A DNA stretch of 64,000 nt, taken from assembly GCA_963664395.2 (NCBI GenBank), contig OY761159.2, positions 4,160,001-4,224,000 on the forward strand, written 5' to 3'. Positions within the stretch are counted from its first letter, which is position 1, and every line of letters begins with the position of its first letter. Position numbers and translations under genes: made by a program. Shown piece after piece: positions 29,645 through 40,780 of this stretch. A model generated the notes under the pieces. The model was not told where the DNA came from. It was given only the letters and a program-made list of their open reading frames with translations, and ran no database searches. Source of the stretch: Candidatus Binatia bacterium (GTDB lineage Bacteria > Desulfobacterota > Binatia > Bin18).

Positions 29645-30013
29645 CTACTCAAAAAGCTCCCCATAGACGTCGGGATGAAAGCCGACGACAAGTACTTTCC
29701 CTGCGCGTATGGCAGGGGCGCGTAGATTGCCTGAAGGGCCAATGACGGCCGAGAGCAAGGCGTCGGGTGGTTGCTGATCTTTTTTAAGAGAAAACCGAAG
29801 AATCTTTTTGCCCTTAACGGCAATGACTTGTGTGGGCGTTTGAAGCAGTTCAAGCGTCCGGGCACGGTCAAATTGTTCTTTGCGTGCATTCACAACGGTG
29901 GCGGCTGTTATATCTTTCTGCACAAGGAACTCTTGCGCTCTCTTACAGGTCACTCAACCAGGGCGATGATACTGCCAGTCCAGATGTACTTTGGGCACCT
30001 TTCCTTTTGGCAT
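29645..30013 (-). CDS. ArsC/Spx-like thioredoxin-fold selenoprotein (UxxC)
   Basis: GAGGAG RBS, ATG 30013, MPKGKVPKVHLDWQYHRPG-TGA-VTCKRAQEFL...GNLRAPAIRAG...VGF in one frame; SECIS-like hairpin 3' of the TGA. Confidence 0.85.
29920..29938 (-). promoter_or_regulatory. Putative bacterial SECIS element
   Basis: GCGCAAG-AGTTC-CTTGTGC hairpin; loop begins 22 nt after the UGA and has G at position 2 followed by U. Confidence 0.65.
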
Positions 30014-30035
30014 CTTTCTCTCCTCTTTTCTGCTT

Positions 30036-30533
30036 TTATCGGGGCGTTTTTTTCTGACGGGATTTTGTAATGATCCACTCATACCCGTCAATAAGGGCGA
30101 GCCAGGCTGATTCGAGCAAGTCGCGTGATTGGCGCATGGTGCTCCACTGCTGTACGCCATCGCTAAACTTCATGATGGATACAACCTCCGCAGCCGTCCC
30201 GGCACCGCCACGGTGGGTATACAATTCAACGAGCTCCACACCCTCAAGAAAGGGGAAGTGCTTAGTCAGGACTTGGCGGAAGGCTTGATCCAACGCATGG
30301 ACGCCTCCAACACCTTGCGCCGCGCCAAAATCCTGTTGTGTGTTCACTTCAACCAGGACAACCGCATCGATGGCGCTTTGTCCGTTCCACACCTCGTCAA
30401 TGACACGCCAGCGGATAATACGAAACGGAGAGAGATAGTCAGGGTCTTGATGCCACCGCTTGACTTCTTGCGAGGCTTGCGGGGCAGTGGTCTCAGGGAA
30501 AAATTCTTCGCTTTGTTCCGGTTGCTGTGCCAT
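30036..30533 (-). CDS. Stand-alone LeuA/CimA allosteric (regulatory) domain protein
   Basis: AAQGVGGVHALDQAFRQVL...GAGTAAEV...SDGVQQWST...LLESAWLALIDGYEW resembles the citramalate/isopropylmalate synthase C-terminal domain. Confidence 0.75.
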   Translation of the reverse strand: MAQQPEQSEEFFPETTAPQASQEVKRWHQDPDYLSPFRIIRWRVIDEVWNGQSAIDAVVLVEVNTQQDFGAAQGVGGVHALDQAFRQVLTKHFPFLEGVELVELYTHRGGAGTAAEVVSIMKFSDGVQQWSTMRQSRDLLESAWLALIDGYEWIITKSRQKKTPR

Positions 30534-30575
30534 ACATGCTCCAATGCCGGTCGTATTGAGTCAGGGCGACTGTTT

Positions 30576-30794
30576 CTAGGTTTCTCCGAGCGTTTCCCAG
30601 TGGATGTCCCAAAAGTCGGGCAGCGGAGCGGACAGTTCAAAATGACCTCCAAAACACTGAAAACTGGGTTGGTGTGAGAGGCGTTCTTTTAAGTAGTGCA
30701 AATGGTCTTCAAGCGCCCCGGTGCGGGGAGGGCCAATGTCCATCCGTTTCTGCTGTCCACATTTTTTACAACTCACGTCAACGTACATACCCAC
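30576..30794 (-). CDS. Small putative Zn-binding protein
   Basis: 72 aa; CKKC ... CFGGH. Confidence 0.6.
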   Translation of the reverse strand: MGMYVDVSCKKCGQQKRMDIGPPRTGALEDHLHYLKERLSHQPSFQCFGGHFELSAPLPDFWDIHWETLGET

Positions 30795-30862
30795 CCCTGG
30801 ATTTGTGTGGTCAGACCGGATAAATAACTGCCTAACACGAGGGCGAAGGAGGCCGCAAGCGC

Positions 30863-31246
30863 ATGCCGTTAGTCACGTTTATTAAGCAGGAATTGACGAT
30901 TGAAGTTGCTAAAGGATCGAACCTGCGCGAGGTCGCATTAGAAAACAGAGTAGACCTGTATCCGCTCTTTGGACCTGACCCATTTACCGGAATGCCGTTT
31001 CCTGCAAAATTGCTCAATTGTCGGGGCAGGGGTTTTTGTGGGACGTGTCGGGTGAAAGTGAACGACCATAGAGCGCTCTCACCTCTGAGCGTCAAGGAGG
31101 AGAAACAGGTTGCCTGGGAAGGGAAGGCGTACCGTTTGGCATGCCAGACCCAAATCCTGGATGACGTTGAGGTGGAAACGAATCCGCGTAGGGTGTCAGG
31201 CTGGATGGAGCATGCTACCTATCAAAAAATGAAAGAGATTGCCTAA
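30863..31246 (+). CDS. 2Fe-2S ferredoxin
   Basis: NCRGRGFCGTC...RLACQ; AAGGAGG RBS. Confidence 0.9.
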   Translation: MPLVTFIKQELTIEVAKGSNLREVALENRVDLYPLFGPDPFTGMPFPAKLLNCRGRGFCGTCRVKVNDHRALSPLSVKEEKQVAWEGKAYRLACQTQILDDVEVETNPRRVSGWMEHATYQKMKEIA

Positions 31247-31416
31247 TTTGAACATATGTGGATACCCCATATGTTGTGCCCTCTATACTCACTTGCCAAA
31301 GGGATAGGGGTTTGATAGGGAAAAGCATGGCGGCTGCAACTGTCTGACACTACAGGAAATAGAGCCCATCTTATCTGTAACGAGATGGGCTTTTTTGTAA
31401 CTGGTATCCGAGGAGT

Positions 31417-32892
31417 ATGCCTATGCTGCCCGTAGAAATCCCCGAAGGTCTCACATTCGACGACATCCTCCTCCTGCCTGGTGAATCTGATTTCATGCCC
31501 AAAGACGCGAATGTCTCGACCTATGTAACGCGGACGATCCGGCTGAATACGCCGTTGGTGAGCGCTGCTATGGATACGGTGACTGAGGCGCGGACGGCAA
31601 TCGCCATGGCCCAAACGGGTGGAATCGGAGTGATCCATCGTAATCTTGGTATTCCAGCCCAGGCCGCAGAGGTGGCCAAGGTCAAAAAATATGAAAGCGG
31701 AGTCATTATCAATCCCATCACTATTGCTCCTGACATCACTATTGCTCAGGCGCGAGAGATCATGGACCGCTCCCATATATCCGGGCTGCCAGTCACCAAA
31801 GATGACAAACTGGTCGGTATTTTGACTAATCGTGATCTCCGTTTTGAAAAACGGCTCGATCGGATGGTCTCAGAAGTCATGACCAAAGAGAATCTGGTGA
31901 CCGCCTGGCCGGGGATTAGCCGCGAAGAAGCGGAAGAAATTCTTCATACGCATCGCATTGAAAAATTGCTGGTCGTTGATGAGGACATGCACCTCAAGGG
32001 GCTCATCACGGTGAAAGATATTGAGAAAACGAGCCAGCATCCAAATGCGTGCAAGGATGAGTATGGGCGTCTGCGGGTCGCGGCCGCCATTGGCACAGGT
32101 GATGATTGGGAGGCCCGGACGGAATCCGTCATTGAGGCGGGGGCTGATGTGGTCATTCTTGATACGGCTCACGGTCACACGACCAGCGTAGTTGAGACGG
32201 TCAGATCTCTCAAACAAAATTTTAGGGGACTAGAGGTCGTGGCGGGCAATGTCGCCACCGCTGAGGGCGCGCAAGCGCTGATCGAGGCGGGTGCAGACGG
32301 TATTAAAGTGGGTATGGGGCCGGCGTCTATCTGCACCACGCGGGTTGTCTCGGGCGTTGGCGTGCCGCAACTGACGGCAGTGGTGGACACGGTCCGTGTT
32401 GCCGAACGCGCCGGCGTGCCGGTGATTTCTGACGGCGGGATTCGTTTTTCCGGCGATATTGTGAAGGCCTTAGCCGCAGGCGCGCAGGCGGTGATGATCG
32501 GCAGCCTCTTCGCTGGCACAGAAGAAAGCCCGGGCGAGACAATTCTGTATCAGGGCCGTTCGTATAAACAGTACCGGGGCATGGGCTCGCTTGAGGCCAT
32601 GCGTGAGCGGGAAGGGAGCCGTAACCGGTATTTTCAAGATGCTGAGGAAAGCGCCGGCAAGCTTGTGCCCGAGGGAATTGAAGGTCGAGTGCCGTACAAG
32701 GGTCCCTTATCGGTCGTCGTAGACCAGCTTGTTGGCGGCCTGAAAGCCGGCATGGGCTATACCGGCTGCCGCAACCTGGAGGAGCTCAGAACCAAGGTCA
32801 AATTTGTCCGTGTCTCTCCGGCAGGGTTGCGGGAAAACCACGTCCACGACGTGATTATCACCAAAGAAGCGCCAAATTATCAGTTGGAGTAG
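31417..32892 (+). CDS. guaB: IMP dehydrogenase
   Basis: [16 protein letters not shown] pair, [15 protein letters not shown]. Confidence 0.98.
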   Translation: MPMLPVEIPEGLTFDDILLLPGESDFMPKDANVSTYVTRTIRLNTPLVSAAMDTVTEARTAIAMAQTGGIGVIHRNLGIPAQAAEVAKVKKYESGVIINPITIAPDITIAQAREIMDRSHISGLPVTKDDKLVGILTNRDLRFEKRLDRMVSEVMTKENLVTAWPGISREEAEEILHTHRIEKLLVVDEDMHLKGLITVKDIEKTSQHPNACKDEYGRLRVAAAIGTGDDWEARTESVIEAGADVVILDTAHGHTTSVVETVRSLKQNFRGLEVVAGNVATAEGAQALIEAGADGIKVGMGPASICTTRVVSGVGVPQLTAVVDTVRVAERAGVPVISDGGIRFSGDIVKALAAGAQAVMIGSLFAGTEESPGETILYQGRSYKQYRGMGSLEAMREREGSRNRYFQDAEESAGKLVPEGIEGRVPYKGPLSVVVDQLVGGLKAGMGYTGCRNLEELRTKVKFVRVSPAGLRENHVHDVIITKEAPNYQLE

Positions 32893-32963
32893 TGGGTGCG
32901 ATTGGGCATGTAGCCCACCCTCTGTTGGGGGATGGTGCGCCATATCCGTATGACCATCCGTGA

Positions 32964-34502
32964 TTGGCAGTTATGATTCTTGTTCTTGATTTCGGTAGTC
33001 AGTATACGCAGCTGATTGCCCGACGCATTCGCGAAGCTCACGTCTACTGCGAGATCCATCCATACAATATTTCTGTGGAACATATTCAGGCCATGAACCC
33101 CGAGGGTATTGTCCTGTCAGGTGGGCCGGCCAGTGTGTATGATGAAGACGCCCCGGAGTTAGCCGCTCCAATACTCGGTATTCCTGTTCCGTTTTTGGGT
33201 ATCTGCTATGGCATGGGCGTTCTTCACCAACTGGCCGGGGGGCATGTTGCCCAGGCGGAACGACGCGAGTTTGGTCCGGCCCAACTTATTGTTGACGATG
33301 CGACCGATCTGTTCGCCGGTTTTTCAGCTACGGCATCGACACAAGTCTGGATGAGCCATGGTGATAAAATGGAATCCCTGCCGCCCGGCTGGAAGGTTTT
33401 GGCCCATTCGGACAATTCGCCCATAGCCGCCTGCCGCGATGATGCCGGTCGCTGCTTCGGTGTCCAGTTCCACCCCGAAGTTGTGCATACTGAGCGGGGG
33501 AAAGATGTCCTGCATAACTTTCTTTTTCAGATTTGTGGCTGTGCCGCGGACTGGACCATGGAAGGATTTATCGAACGCGAAATACAGCGCATTCGTGACC
33601 AGGTTGGAGACCGACGGGTCGTGTGTGGTCTGAGCGGCGGTGTTGATTCAGCTGTTGTCGCCCTCTTGATACATCGGGCGATTGGCGACCGCCTGACCTG
33701 TATCTTTGTTGACAACGGCCTATTGCGCCAGGGTGAAGCGGACAGTGTTGTGCGCGTGTTTTCTCAATTGAGACTTCATTTACGACCAGTCGAAGCAGCT
33801 GAGCGTTTTCTTGAGCGACTCGCCGGGGTTGACGACCCGGAACAAAAGCGGCGCATTATCGGCCACGTCTTTATTGAGGTGTTTGAAGAAGAGGCCGCCT
33901 CACTGCCGGATGTGGAATTCCTGGCCCAAGGGACGCTGTATCCTGACGTGATTGAATCCGTTTCTTTTAAGGGACCGGCGGCCACTATTAAGAGCCATCA
34001 CAATGTAGGCGGCCTGCCGGAACGGATGCGTCTCACCCTGGTGGAACCGCTGCGAGAATTATTCAAAGATGAAGTGCGGGGGCTGGGCCGTCTGCTTGGT
34101 CTCTCCGAGGAAATCGTCGGCCGCCAGCCTTTTCCTGGGCCAGGTTTGGCTATTCGCATATTAGGCCCGGTTCGGGCCGAGCTCTTGGGCCTGCTGCGCG
34201 CAGCGGACGCTATTGTAGACGAAGAAATTCGCGCGGCGGGCTATTACGATCGGGTCTGGCAAGCCTTTGCCGTTTTATTACCGGTCAAGACGGTTGGCGT
34301 CATGGGTGATGCTCGGACATATGAGTATGTTGTTGCCATACGGGCCGTTGAGAGCGTGGACGGGATGACCGCGGATTGGGCGCGTTTACCCGGCGAGCTG
34401 CTCGGCACAATATCCAATCGTATTATTAACGAAGTCCGGGGCATCAACCGGGTCGTCTACGACATTTCTTCAAAACCACCGGCAACCATTGAATGGGAAT
34501 GA
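32964..34502 (+). CDS. guaA: GMP synthase (glutamine-hydrolysing)
   Basis: [40 protein letters not shown]. Confidence 0.98.
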   Translation: MAVMILVLDFGSQYTQLIARRIREAHVYCEIHPYNISVEHIQAMNPEGIVLSGGPASVYDEDAPELAAPILGIPVPFLGICYGMGVLHQLAGGHVAQAERREFGPAQLIVDDATDLFAGFSATASTQVWMSHGDKMESLPPGWKVLAHSDNSPIAACRDDAGRCFGVQFHPEVVHTERGKDVLHNFLFQICGCAADWTMEGFIEREIQRIRDQVGDRRVVCGLSGGVDSAVVALLIHRAIGDRLTCIFVDNGLLRQGEADSVVRVFSQLRLHLRPVEAAERFLERLAGVDDPEQKRRIIGHVFIEVFEEEAASLPDVEFLAQGTLYPDVIESVSFKGPAATIKSHHNVGGLPERMRLTLVEPLRELFKDEVRGLGRLLGLSEEIVGRQPFPGPGLAIRILGPVRAELLGLLRAADAIVDEEIRAAGYYDRVWQAFAVLLPVKTVGVMGDARTYEYVVAIRAVESVDGMTADWARLPGELLGTISNRIINEVRGINRVVYDISSKPPATIEWE

Positions 34503-34517
34503 GGGGAGGCCGTAACG

Positions 34518-37500
34518 ATGGGGTTTGTACATCTCCATTTGCACACGCAGTATAGCTTGCTTGACGGTGCCAATAAGGTCTCAAAGCTGATGCCGCGGGT
34601 GGCGGAACACGGCATGTCGGCGGTGGCCATGACCGATCACGGCAATATGTTCGGTGCGATCGATTTTTATCGGACCGCGGCCAGTCACGGCATTAAACCT
34701 ATCATTGGCTGTGAGATGTATGTCGCGCCCAAGAGCCGTTTTGACAAGCAGCCCGTGGGCGCGGACGACCTGGAGCATGGCGGGAATTTTCATCTTATTC
34801 TGCTGGCCATGAATCTGGAGGGCTACCGGAATCTCTGCCGCCTGGTGACGGCCGGATTTACTGAAGGCTTCTATCGGAAACCCCGCGTTGATCGCGAACT
34901 GCTGCGCGAACTGAATAGTGGCCTCATCGCTCTGTCCGGCTGTCTGAGTGGAGAATTGGCCAGAGCCATGCTGCGGGACGATGGCAAACGCGCCCGCGCC
35001 GCGGCCGAAGAATATGCGTCGATTTTTAATGATCGTTTTTATGTCGAGATTCAGGCTAATCATCTGCCGGAACAGGAAAAGGTCAACCCGGCCCTGATTG
35101 AACTTGCCCGAGAGCTCTCACTGCCCCTTGTTGCCACAAATGACTGTCATTATTTGAAAGCTGAGGATTCTGAAGCGCACGAAGTCCTGCTGTGCATCCA
35201 AAGTGCCAAGGTGATGTCCGATGAGAATCGCTGGCGGTTTGGGACAGACCAACTCTATGTCAAAACCCCAGAGGAAATGGAAGCAGAGTTTTCCCATTGT
35301 CCCGACGCTGTCACAAATACAGTCAACGTAGCGGACCGGTGCAATCTCGAACTGTCCTTTGGCAACTTCTATTTCCCGAACTACGATGTTCAGCTCGGTG
35401 GAACGCTTGAAGAATGTTTAGAACAGACGGCGCGCGAAGGATTGGAAGAACGCCTCGTACCACTCCGGGCAGCTGAAGGCTGGCAGACCGATAAAGAATC
35501 TGAGTATCAGGACCGCCTGGCCTATGAACTCAAAATCGTGGGTGAAATGGGCTTTCCCGGCTACTTCCTGATTGTTGCCGACTTTATTGGTTACGCCAAG
35601 TCGCAGGGGATTCCGGTTGGTCCGGGCCGTGGGTCGGCGGCTGGTAGCCTGGTCGCCTATGCGCTCAAGATTACGGACGTTGACCCTATCCGCTACCAGT
35701 TGCTGTTTGAGCGATTTCTGAATCCGGGCCGGAAGAGTATGCCCGATATCGATGTTGACTTTTGCTACGAACGGCGGGACGAGGTCATCCGCTATATCAA
35801 AGATAAATACGGCGAGGACAAGGTCGCTCAGATTATTACTTTCGGAACGCTCAAAGGCAAACAAGCCATTAAAGACGTGGGCCGCGCTTTAGAGTTCTCG
35901 TACGGTGAAACAGACCGCATTGCGAAGCTCTATCCCGCGCCAAAACAGGGCAAGGATCACCCGTTAGAGACCGCGCTCGAGATGGAACCGCGCTTGCGCG
36001 AGGTGCGCGAACGCGGGGAGCGTGAGCAAAAGCTGTTTGAGCACTCACTGAAACTCGAGGGATTGTTGCGCCACGCCTCCAAACATGCGGCGGGGATTGT
36101 GATTTCTCCTACTCCTCTCGTCGAGCACCTGCCCCTGTATCTTGACAAGGAAAAGCATATCCTGACCCAATATGCCGGTCCGGATGTCGATACCATTGGT
36201 CTGATTAAGTTCGATTTTCTGGGCTTAAAAACATTGACACTTATTCACGACGTGGTCAGGCGGATTGCAGAGGGTCGAGACATTACTATTGATCTGAGTG
36301 CGATTCCGATTGATGACAGGGCGACCTATCGGGGGCTGACGCGAGGTGACACGGTCGGCGTCTTCCAGATGGAAGGCAGTGGTATTCGCAAGCTGATTAC
36401 GCAGCTCAAGCCGAACTGCTTTGAAGATATTTTTGCGGTGATTGCGCTGTTTCGACCCGGACCGCTCGATAGCGGTGCAGCCGAACAATTTATTAAGCGC
36501 AAACATGGCAAAGAGTCGGTGTCCTATCCTCACCCCTTGCTTGAGCCTGTTCTCAAAGAAACCTATGGGGTCACGATTTACCAAGAACAAGTCATGCAGA
36601 TCGCACAGACCTAGCCGGGTACTCTTTGAGCGATGCAGATAATTTGCGTCGCGCCATGGGGAAAAAGAAAAAGGAAGTCATGCAGGAGGAGCGGGCTAAA
36701 TTCCTGAAGGGCGCTGCGGAGAATAAGATCAAGGATAGATTAGCCAGAGAAATTTTTGACGCGATGGAGACTTTTGCCGCCTATGGGTTCAATAAATCCC
36801 ACGCGGCATCCTATGCCTTGATTTCCTATCAAACGGCCTATTTGAAAACCCACTTCCCGCAAGAATTCATGGCGGCACTCACTAGTCTGGAAATGGGCGA
36901 TACCAATAAAACGTATAAAAACATTGCAGAATGCCGGGTACATAATATTCCGGTTCTTCCACCCGATGTGAATGAAAGCGGTGAGGATTTTACTGTTCGC
37001 GGCCAGACCATTCGCTTTGGACTGGGCGCGGTGAAGGGGATAGGATCGAAAGCGATCGAAGTGATTCAGGAAGCCCGCCAAGCTGGGCCATTTACGGACG
37101 TCTATGACTTTTGTACCAGGGTGCAAAGCTCGCAAGCGAATAAACGAGTGATGGAGAGTTTGATTAAATGCGGGGCGTTTGATTCGTTTCATACGTCCCG
37201 CGCTCAACTCCTGGCCGGCATTGAAGAGGCCATGCGCTGGGCCACCCAAAAGGCGAGCGGTCACAGCAATGCCAATCAGATGGGCTTATTTGTGAATGGC
37301 GGGGCTGACCCCGCCCATCCTGAGTTGCCTGGGGTTGAGGAATGGCCAGACATCGAGAAACTGAATAAAGAACGCGAGACGCTCGGCTTTTTTATCACCG
37401 GCCATCCGCTTGATAAATATGTTGGCCGACTGCACGGTGTGACCTCTCTGACCACGGCGGGGCTTAAAAGGCGGAGTCATCAAGAAAAAGTCCGTCTGGC

Positions 37501-37981
37501 CGGCGTGATTCAGTCTCTGAAACTCAAGAATAATAAAAAAGGAGATCGGTACGCGACCTATACCTTGGAGGACAAGGCCGGGGGCGTTGAAGTCATTGTG
37601 TGGCCGGAAGCCTATCGGCGGTATGAAGCCGAAGTCCATTCCGACCAGCCGGTCCTGGTGAGTGGATCACTTGATGCCGATGAAGATCGGTGTCAAATTA
37701 TTGCGAACGAGATCGTCCCGCTCGACTCTGTGGCGAAAGATGAAGTCGAGCAGGTGCATATCCAAGTGCCGGCTGATATCACGACCAAAGAAGATCTCGT
37801 TGCCCTAAAGACGGTGCTGACTGAACATCAGGGCCAGTGCCATACGTTCTTGCACTTGCTCCGCCCGGACCATTCTGAAACTGTTATCTCATTGCCAGAA
37901 CAACTCAAGGTTGCGCCGACTGAGGCGATGCTGACCGCCGTCGAACAATTGTTTGGCAGCGGGGTCGCGTCGTTTCGGTAA
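34518..37981 (+). CDS. dnaE: DNA polymerase III alpha subunit, interrupted by a 1-nt frameshift near 36610
   Basis: PHP ([13 protein letters not shown]), [22 protein letters not shown] in ORF 34518-36614; continues in the -1 frame as ...[20 protein letters not shown] fold. Confidence 0.95.
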
Positions 37982-38015
37982 GGTGCGTAAAGGAAGAAAA
38001 AGGAGACAACACTCT

Positions 38016-39404
38016 GTGGCTGACCGCCGGCATCAATACACACACACTGCACCACCGCCGGAGCACGCTTTTCTTGTGGGCGTAGAATATGGGGGGCCAA
38101 ATGGTGATGCGGGGGCGGTGTCCTTCTCAGCGAAAGAATCTCTCGAAGAGCTCGCCCGTCTGAGCGAGACCGCTGGCCTGACGATCTCAGGGCAGACTAT
38201 TCAGTGGCTGCGTAAAGGTATCCATCCCGCCTCGTTTATTGGGGCCGGCAAGGTTGAGGAAGTAAAACAGCTCCGGGAGGAACTCCAGGCTGGCGTTGTG
38301 ATATTTGACGATAGCTTGTCTCCAGCCCAGCAGCGCAATCTGGAGCGCGCGTTGTGCTGTAAGGTTATTGACCGGAGTCAGTTGATACTTGATATCTTTG
38401 CCCAACGAGCCCAAAGTCAAGCTGGCAAATTACAAGTCGAGCTTGCCCAGCTTGAATACCTGCGTCCCCGCCTCACACGCCAATGGACGCACCTGTCGCG
38501 CCTTGGTGGCGGGGTAGGGACACGTGGCCCTGGCGAATCGCAGCTTGAGGTGGACCGGCGTCGTGTTCGCGAGCGCATCGCTACCTTGCGACGCAAACTG
38601 CGCGAGGTCGAACGAACCCGCTCCCTGCATCGGCAGGAACGGGGGCGGGTCCCGTTCCCGTGCGTTGCTTTAGTCGGGTATACCAACGCAGGAAAATCGA
38701 CCTTGATGAATCGGCTGACCCACGCCGGGGTCTTTGTCGAGAATAAGCTGTTTGCTACGCTTGACCCAACGAGCCGTCGACTCAATCTTCCCAATGGTCA
38801 ACCTGCGATCCTTGTTGACACGGTGGGATTTATCAATAAACTTCCGCACCAACTCGTGGATGCGTTCAAAGGGACGTTAGAAGAGGTGCGGACGGCTGAT
38901 GTGCTCCTGCACGTGATTGATGCAACCCATCCTCGTTGGACTGAGCATCAAAAAATTGTCGAGCGTGTACTCGAAGATATTAGGGTCAGGAACACACCGA
39001 TGATAACTGTTCTCAATAAGATTGATGGGCTGACTCAGGTGTCAGATTGTCATGCCCCATGTGATGCCGAATTTGATGCTGATGACTGGTGGGTCTCTCC
39101 ACATACGACGAACGGGCACCGTCATGACCGGGATACGGTGTTTCGCATCTCTGCAAAACAAGGGATTGGCATTGATCCGCTTGTAGAGGAAATCGCCCGT
39201 GTGTGTACGCTTGATCACGAGTTGATCCAGGTTGAGTTGCCGCTTGACAGTGGCGATCTTATGGCCTGGTTGCGACGAAGCGGAGTGGTGATAGAAGAAG
39301 CGTATACTGAGACCTGCGTGCAGGTTTCGACCCGCGTGTCCGCGAAAGTGGCAGGACAGCTCAAGAAACGTCTGGCACAGACTGGCCGGGTCGTTCAGGT
39401 CTAG
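38016..39404 (+). CDS. hflX: GTPase HflX
   Basis: [42 protein letters not shown]; GTG start after AGGAG. Confidence 0.96.
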   Translation: MADRRHQYTHTAPPPEHAFLVGVEYGGPNGDAGAVSFSAKESLEELARLSETAGLTISGQTIQWLRKGIHPASFIGAGKVEEVKQLREELQAGVVIFDDSLSPAQQRNLERALCCKVIDRSQLILDIFAQRAQSQAGKLQVELAQLEYLRPRLTRQWTHLSRLGGGVGTRGPGESQLEVDRRRVRERIATLRRKLREVERTRSLHRQERGRVPFPCVALVGYTNAGKSTLMNRLTHAGVFVENKLFATLDPTSRRLNLPNGQPAILVDTVGFINKLPHQLVDAFKGTLEEVRTADVLLHVIDATHPRWTEHQKIVERVLEDIRVRNTPMITVLNKIDGLTQVSDCHAPCDAEFDADDWWVSPHTTNGHRHDRDTVFRISAKQGIGIDPLVEEIARVCTLDHELIQVELPLDSGDLMAWLRRSGVVIEEAYTETCVQVSTRVSAKVAGQLKKRLAQTGRVVQV

Positions 39405-39432
39405 ATATCAAAAAAGGTTATTTCTTATTACA

Positions 39433-40005
39433 GTGTTTTCTGTACTCAATCTTCCAAACCTGATTACCCTATTACGCATAGGGGCTATTCCGATCTTTTT
39501 GATCCTGCTGGTGGACGAGCGTTACACGGAAGCGCTGATCGTTTTTATTCTTGCCGGCATTACCGACGCACTCGATGGTTTGCTTGCCCGCTGGCTGGAC
39601 GCGCGCACGACCTTAGGCGCCTTCATTGATCCCCTGGCCGATAAACTGCTTCTGGTGAGCTCCTTTGTCATTCTCGCCTTTTTAGGTGATATTCCTCGCT
39701 GGCTTGCGGTCCTGGTCATCATGCGGGATGTTATTATTCTGATTGGCTATAGTGTGCTGTTTTTTGTCACGGGCCATGCCATCGAAGTCCGTCCGACGCT
39801 CATTGGCAAGACCAGTACCTTTTTTCAGTTGTTGACGGTCATCATGGCCCTGGTCGCCCTGCATAATGCCGCTTGGCAAATTCCACTCCTGCGGGATACC
39901 AGCGAGATTCTTGCCGGAGCCACCGTCACTATCTCGGGATTTCAGTATTTATCGCGCGGCTTCAGGTGGTTTAATGAACAGGAAGAGAAGCTGTTGACGC
40001 CGTAG
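39433..40005 (+). CDS. CDP-alcohol phosphatidyltransferase (PgsA-like)
   Basis: NLPNLITLLR, TDALDGLLAR...GAFIDPLADK. Confidence 0.92.
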   Translation: MFSVLNLPNLITLLRIGAIPIFLILLVDERYTEALIVFILAGITDALDGLLARWLDARTTLGAFIDPLADKLLLVSSFVILAFLGDIPRWLAVLVIMRDVIILIGYSVLFFVTGHAIEVRPTLIGKTSTFFQLLTVIMALVALHNAAWQIPLLRDTSEILAGATVTISGFQYLSRGFRWFNEQEEKLLTP

Positions 40006-40105
40006 TCGAGGTGACACCCGCCCCACGGGTTTCAAAGCGTTTGTTCAAGTAGCTCCAAAAGGATACAAGACGGGGAGTGGGCATAGATATAAAGGAGGAC
40101 AAGAC

Positions 40106-40780
40106 ATGCTGCACTTGCTCTATTTCATTACCAGAAAACCATCTTTGAGCGAGGAAGAGTTTCATCGCTATTGGAAGGAAACCCACGGACCGATTGCCGT
40201 GCGTATTGCTCAGACGTGGCGCTATGAGCAGAGTCACCGCATTCCATTGGAGGGAACGAACTCGCCCTATGATGGTGCGGCGGAAGCCTGGATTGAGGAC
40301 CAGGCGGCGATGGATGCCCTGCGCACGAGTGCCGAATATGTGAACGGCGCGCTCGTCGATGAACCCAATTTCATTGATATGAATCGCGTGGAATGGTTGG
40401 TGACACAAGACCACATCATAAAGGACGGGCCGCAAACCCCGCATCAGGTGAAAGGCATTTTTCAGCTCAAACGAAAGCCGGGGATGAACCTTGAAGACTT
40501 TCGGAAATACTGGATTGAGGTCCACGGTCCGATCGTGTGTGAGCTGCCGGGTCTCCAGCGCTATGTGCAGTGCCATACCATCGACGCGGCCTATAGCTAT
40601 GCCGAGCCAAAATGGGACGGCGTGGCCCAACTCTGGGTCGAAGACTTGGCGGCTTGGGACAAGATGGTCAATTCAAAAGAATTTACTGAAGGCTCATGGC
40701 CGGATGGAGCGAAGTTCCTGGATCAAGAGGTGATTACCAATTTTATGGCCCAAGAGCATCAGGTCAAGTGGCCGGGGTAA
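40106..40780 (+). CDS. Tandem EthD-domain protein
   Basis: Two repeats of RKP..S/N.E.F..YW...HGPI...RY.Q.H...DG.A..W. Confidence 0.88.
   Translation: MLHLLYFITRKPSLSEEEFHRYWKETHGPIAVRIAQTWRYEQSHRIPLEGTNSPYDGAAEAWIEDQAAMDALRTSAEYVNGALVDEPNFIDMNRVEWLVTQDHIIKDGPQTPHQVKGIFQLKRKPGMNLEDFRKYWIEVHGPIVCELPGLQRYVQCHTIDAAYSYAEPKWDGVAQLWVEDLAAWDKMVNSKEFTEGSWPDGAKFLDQEVITNFMAQEHQVKWPG

Noticed and set aside
34518-37981. Naturally split dnaE with a trans-splicing intein
   Set aside because: No intein sequence (no Cys start or His-Asn end); the cyanobacterial split site region ([10 protein letters not shown]) is intact; one added base restores the normal protein.
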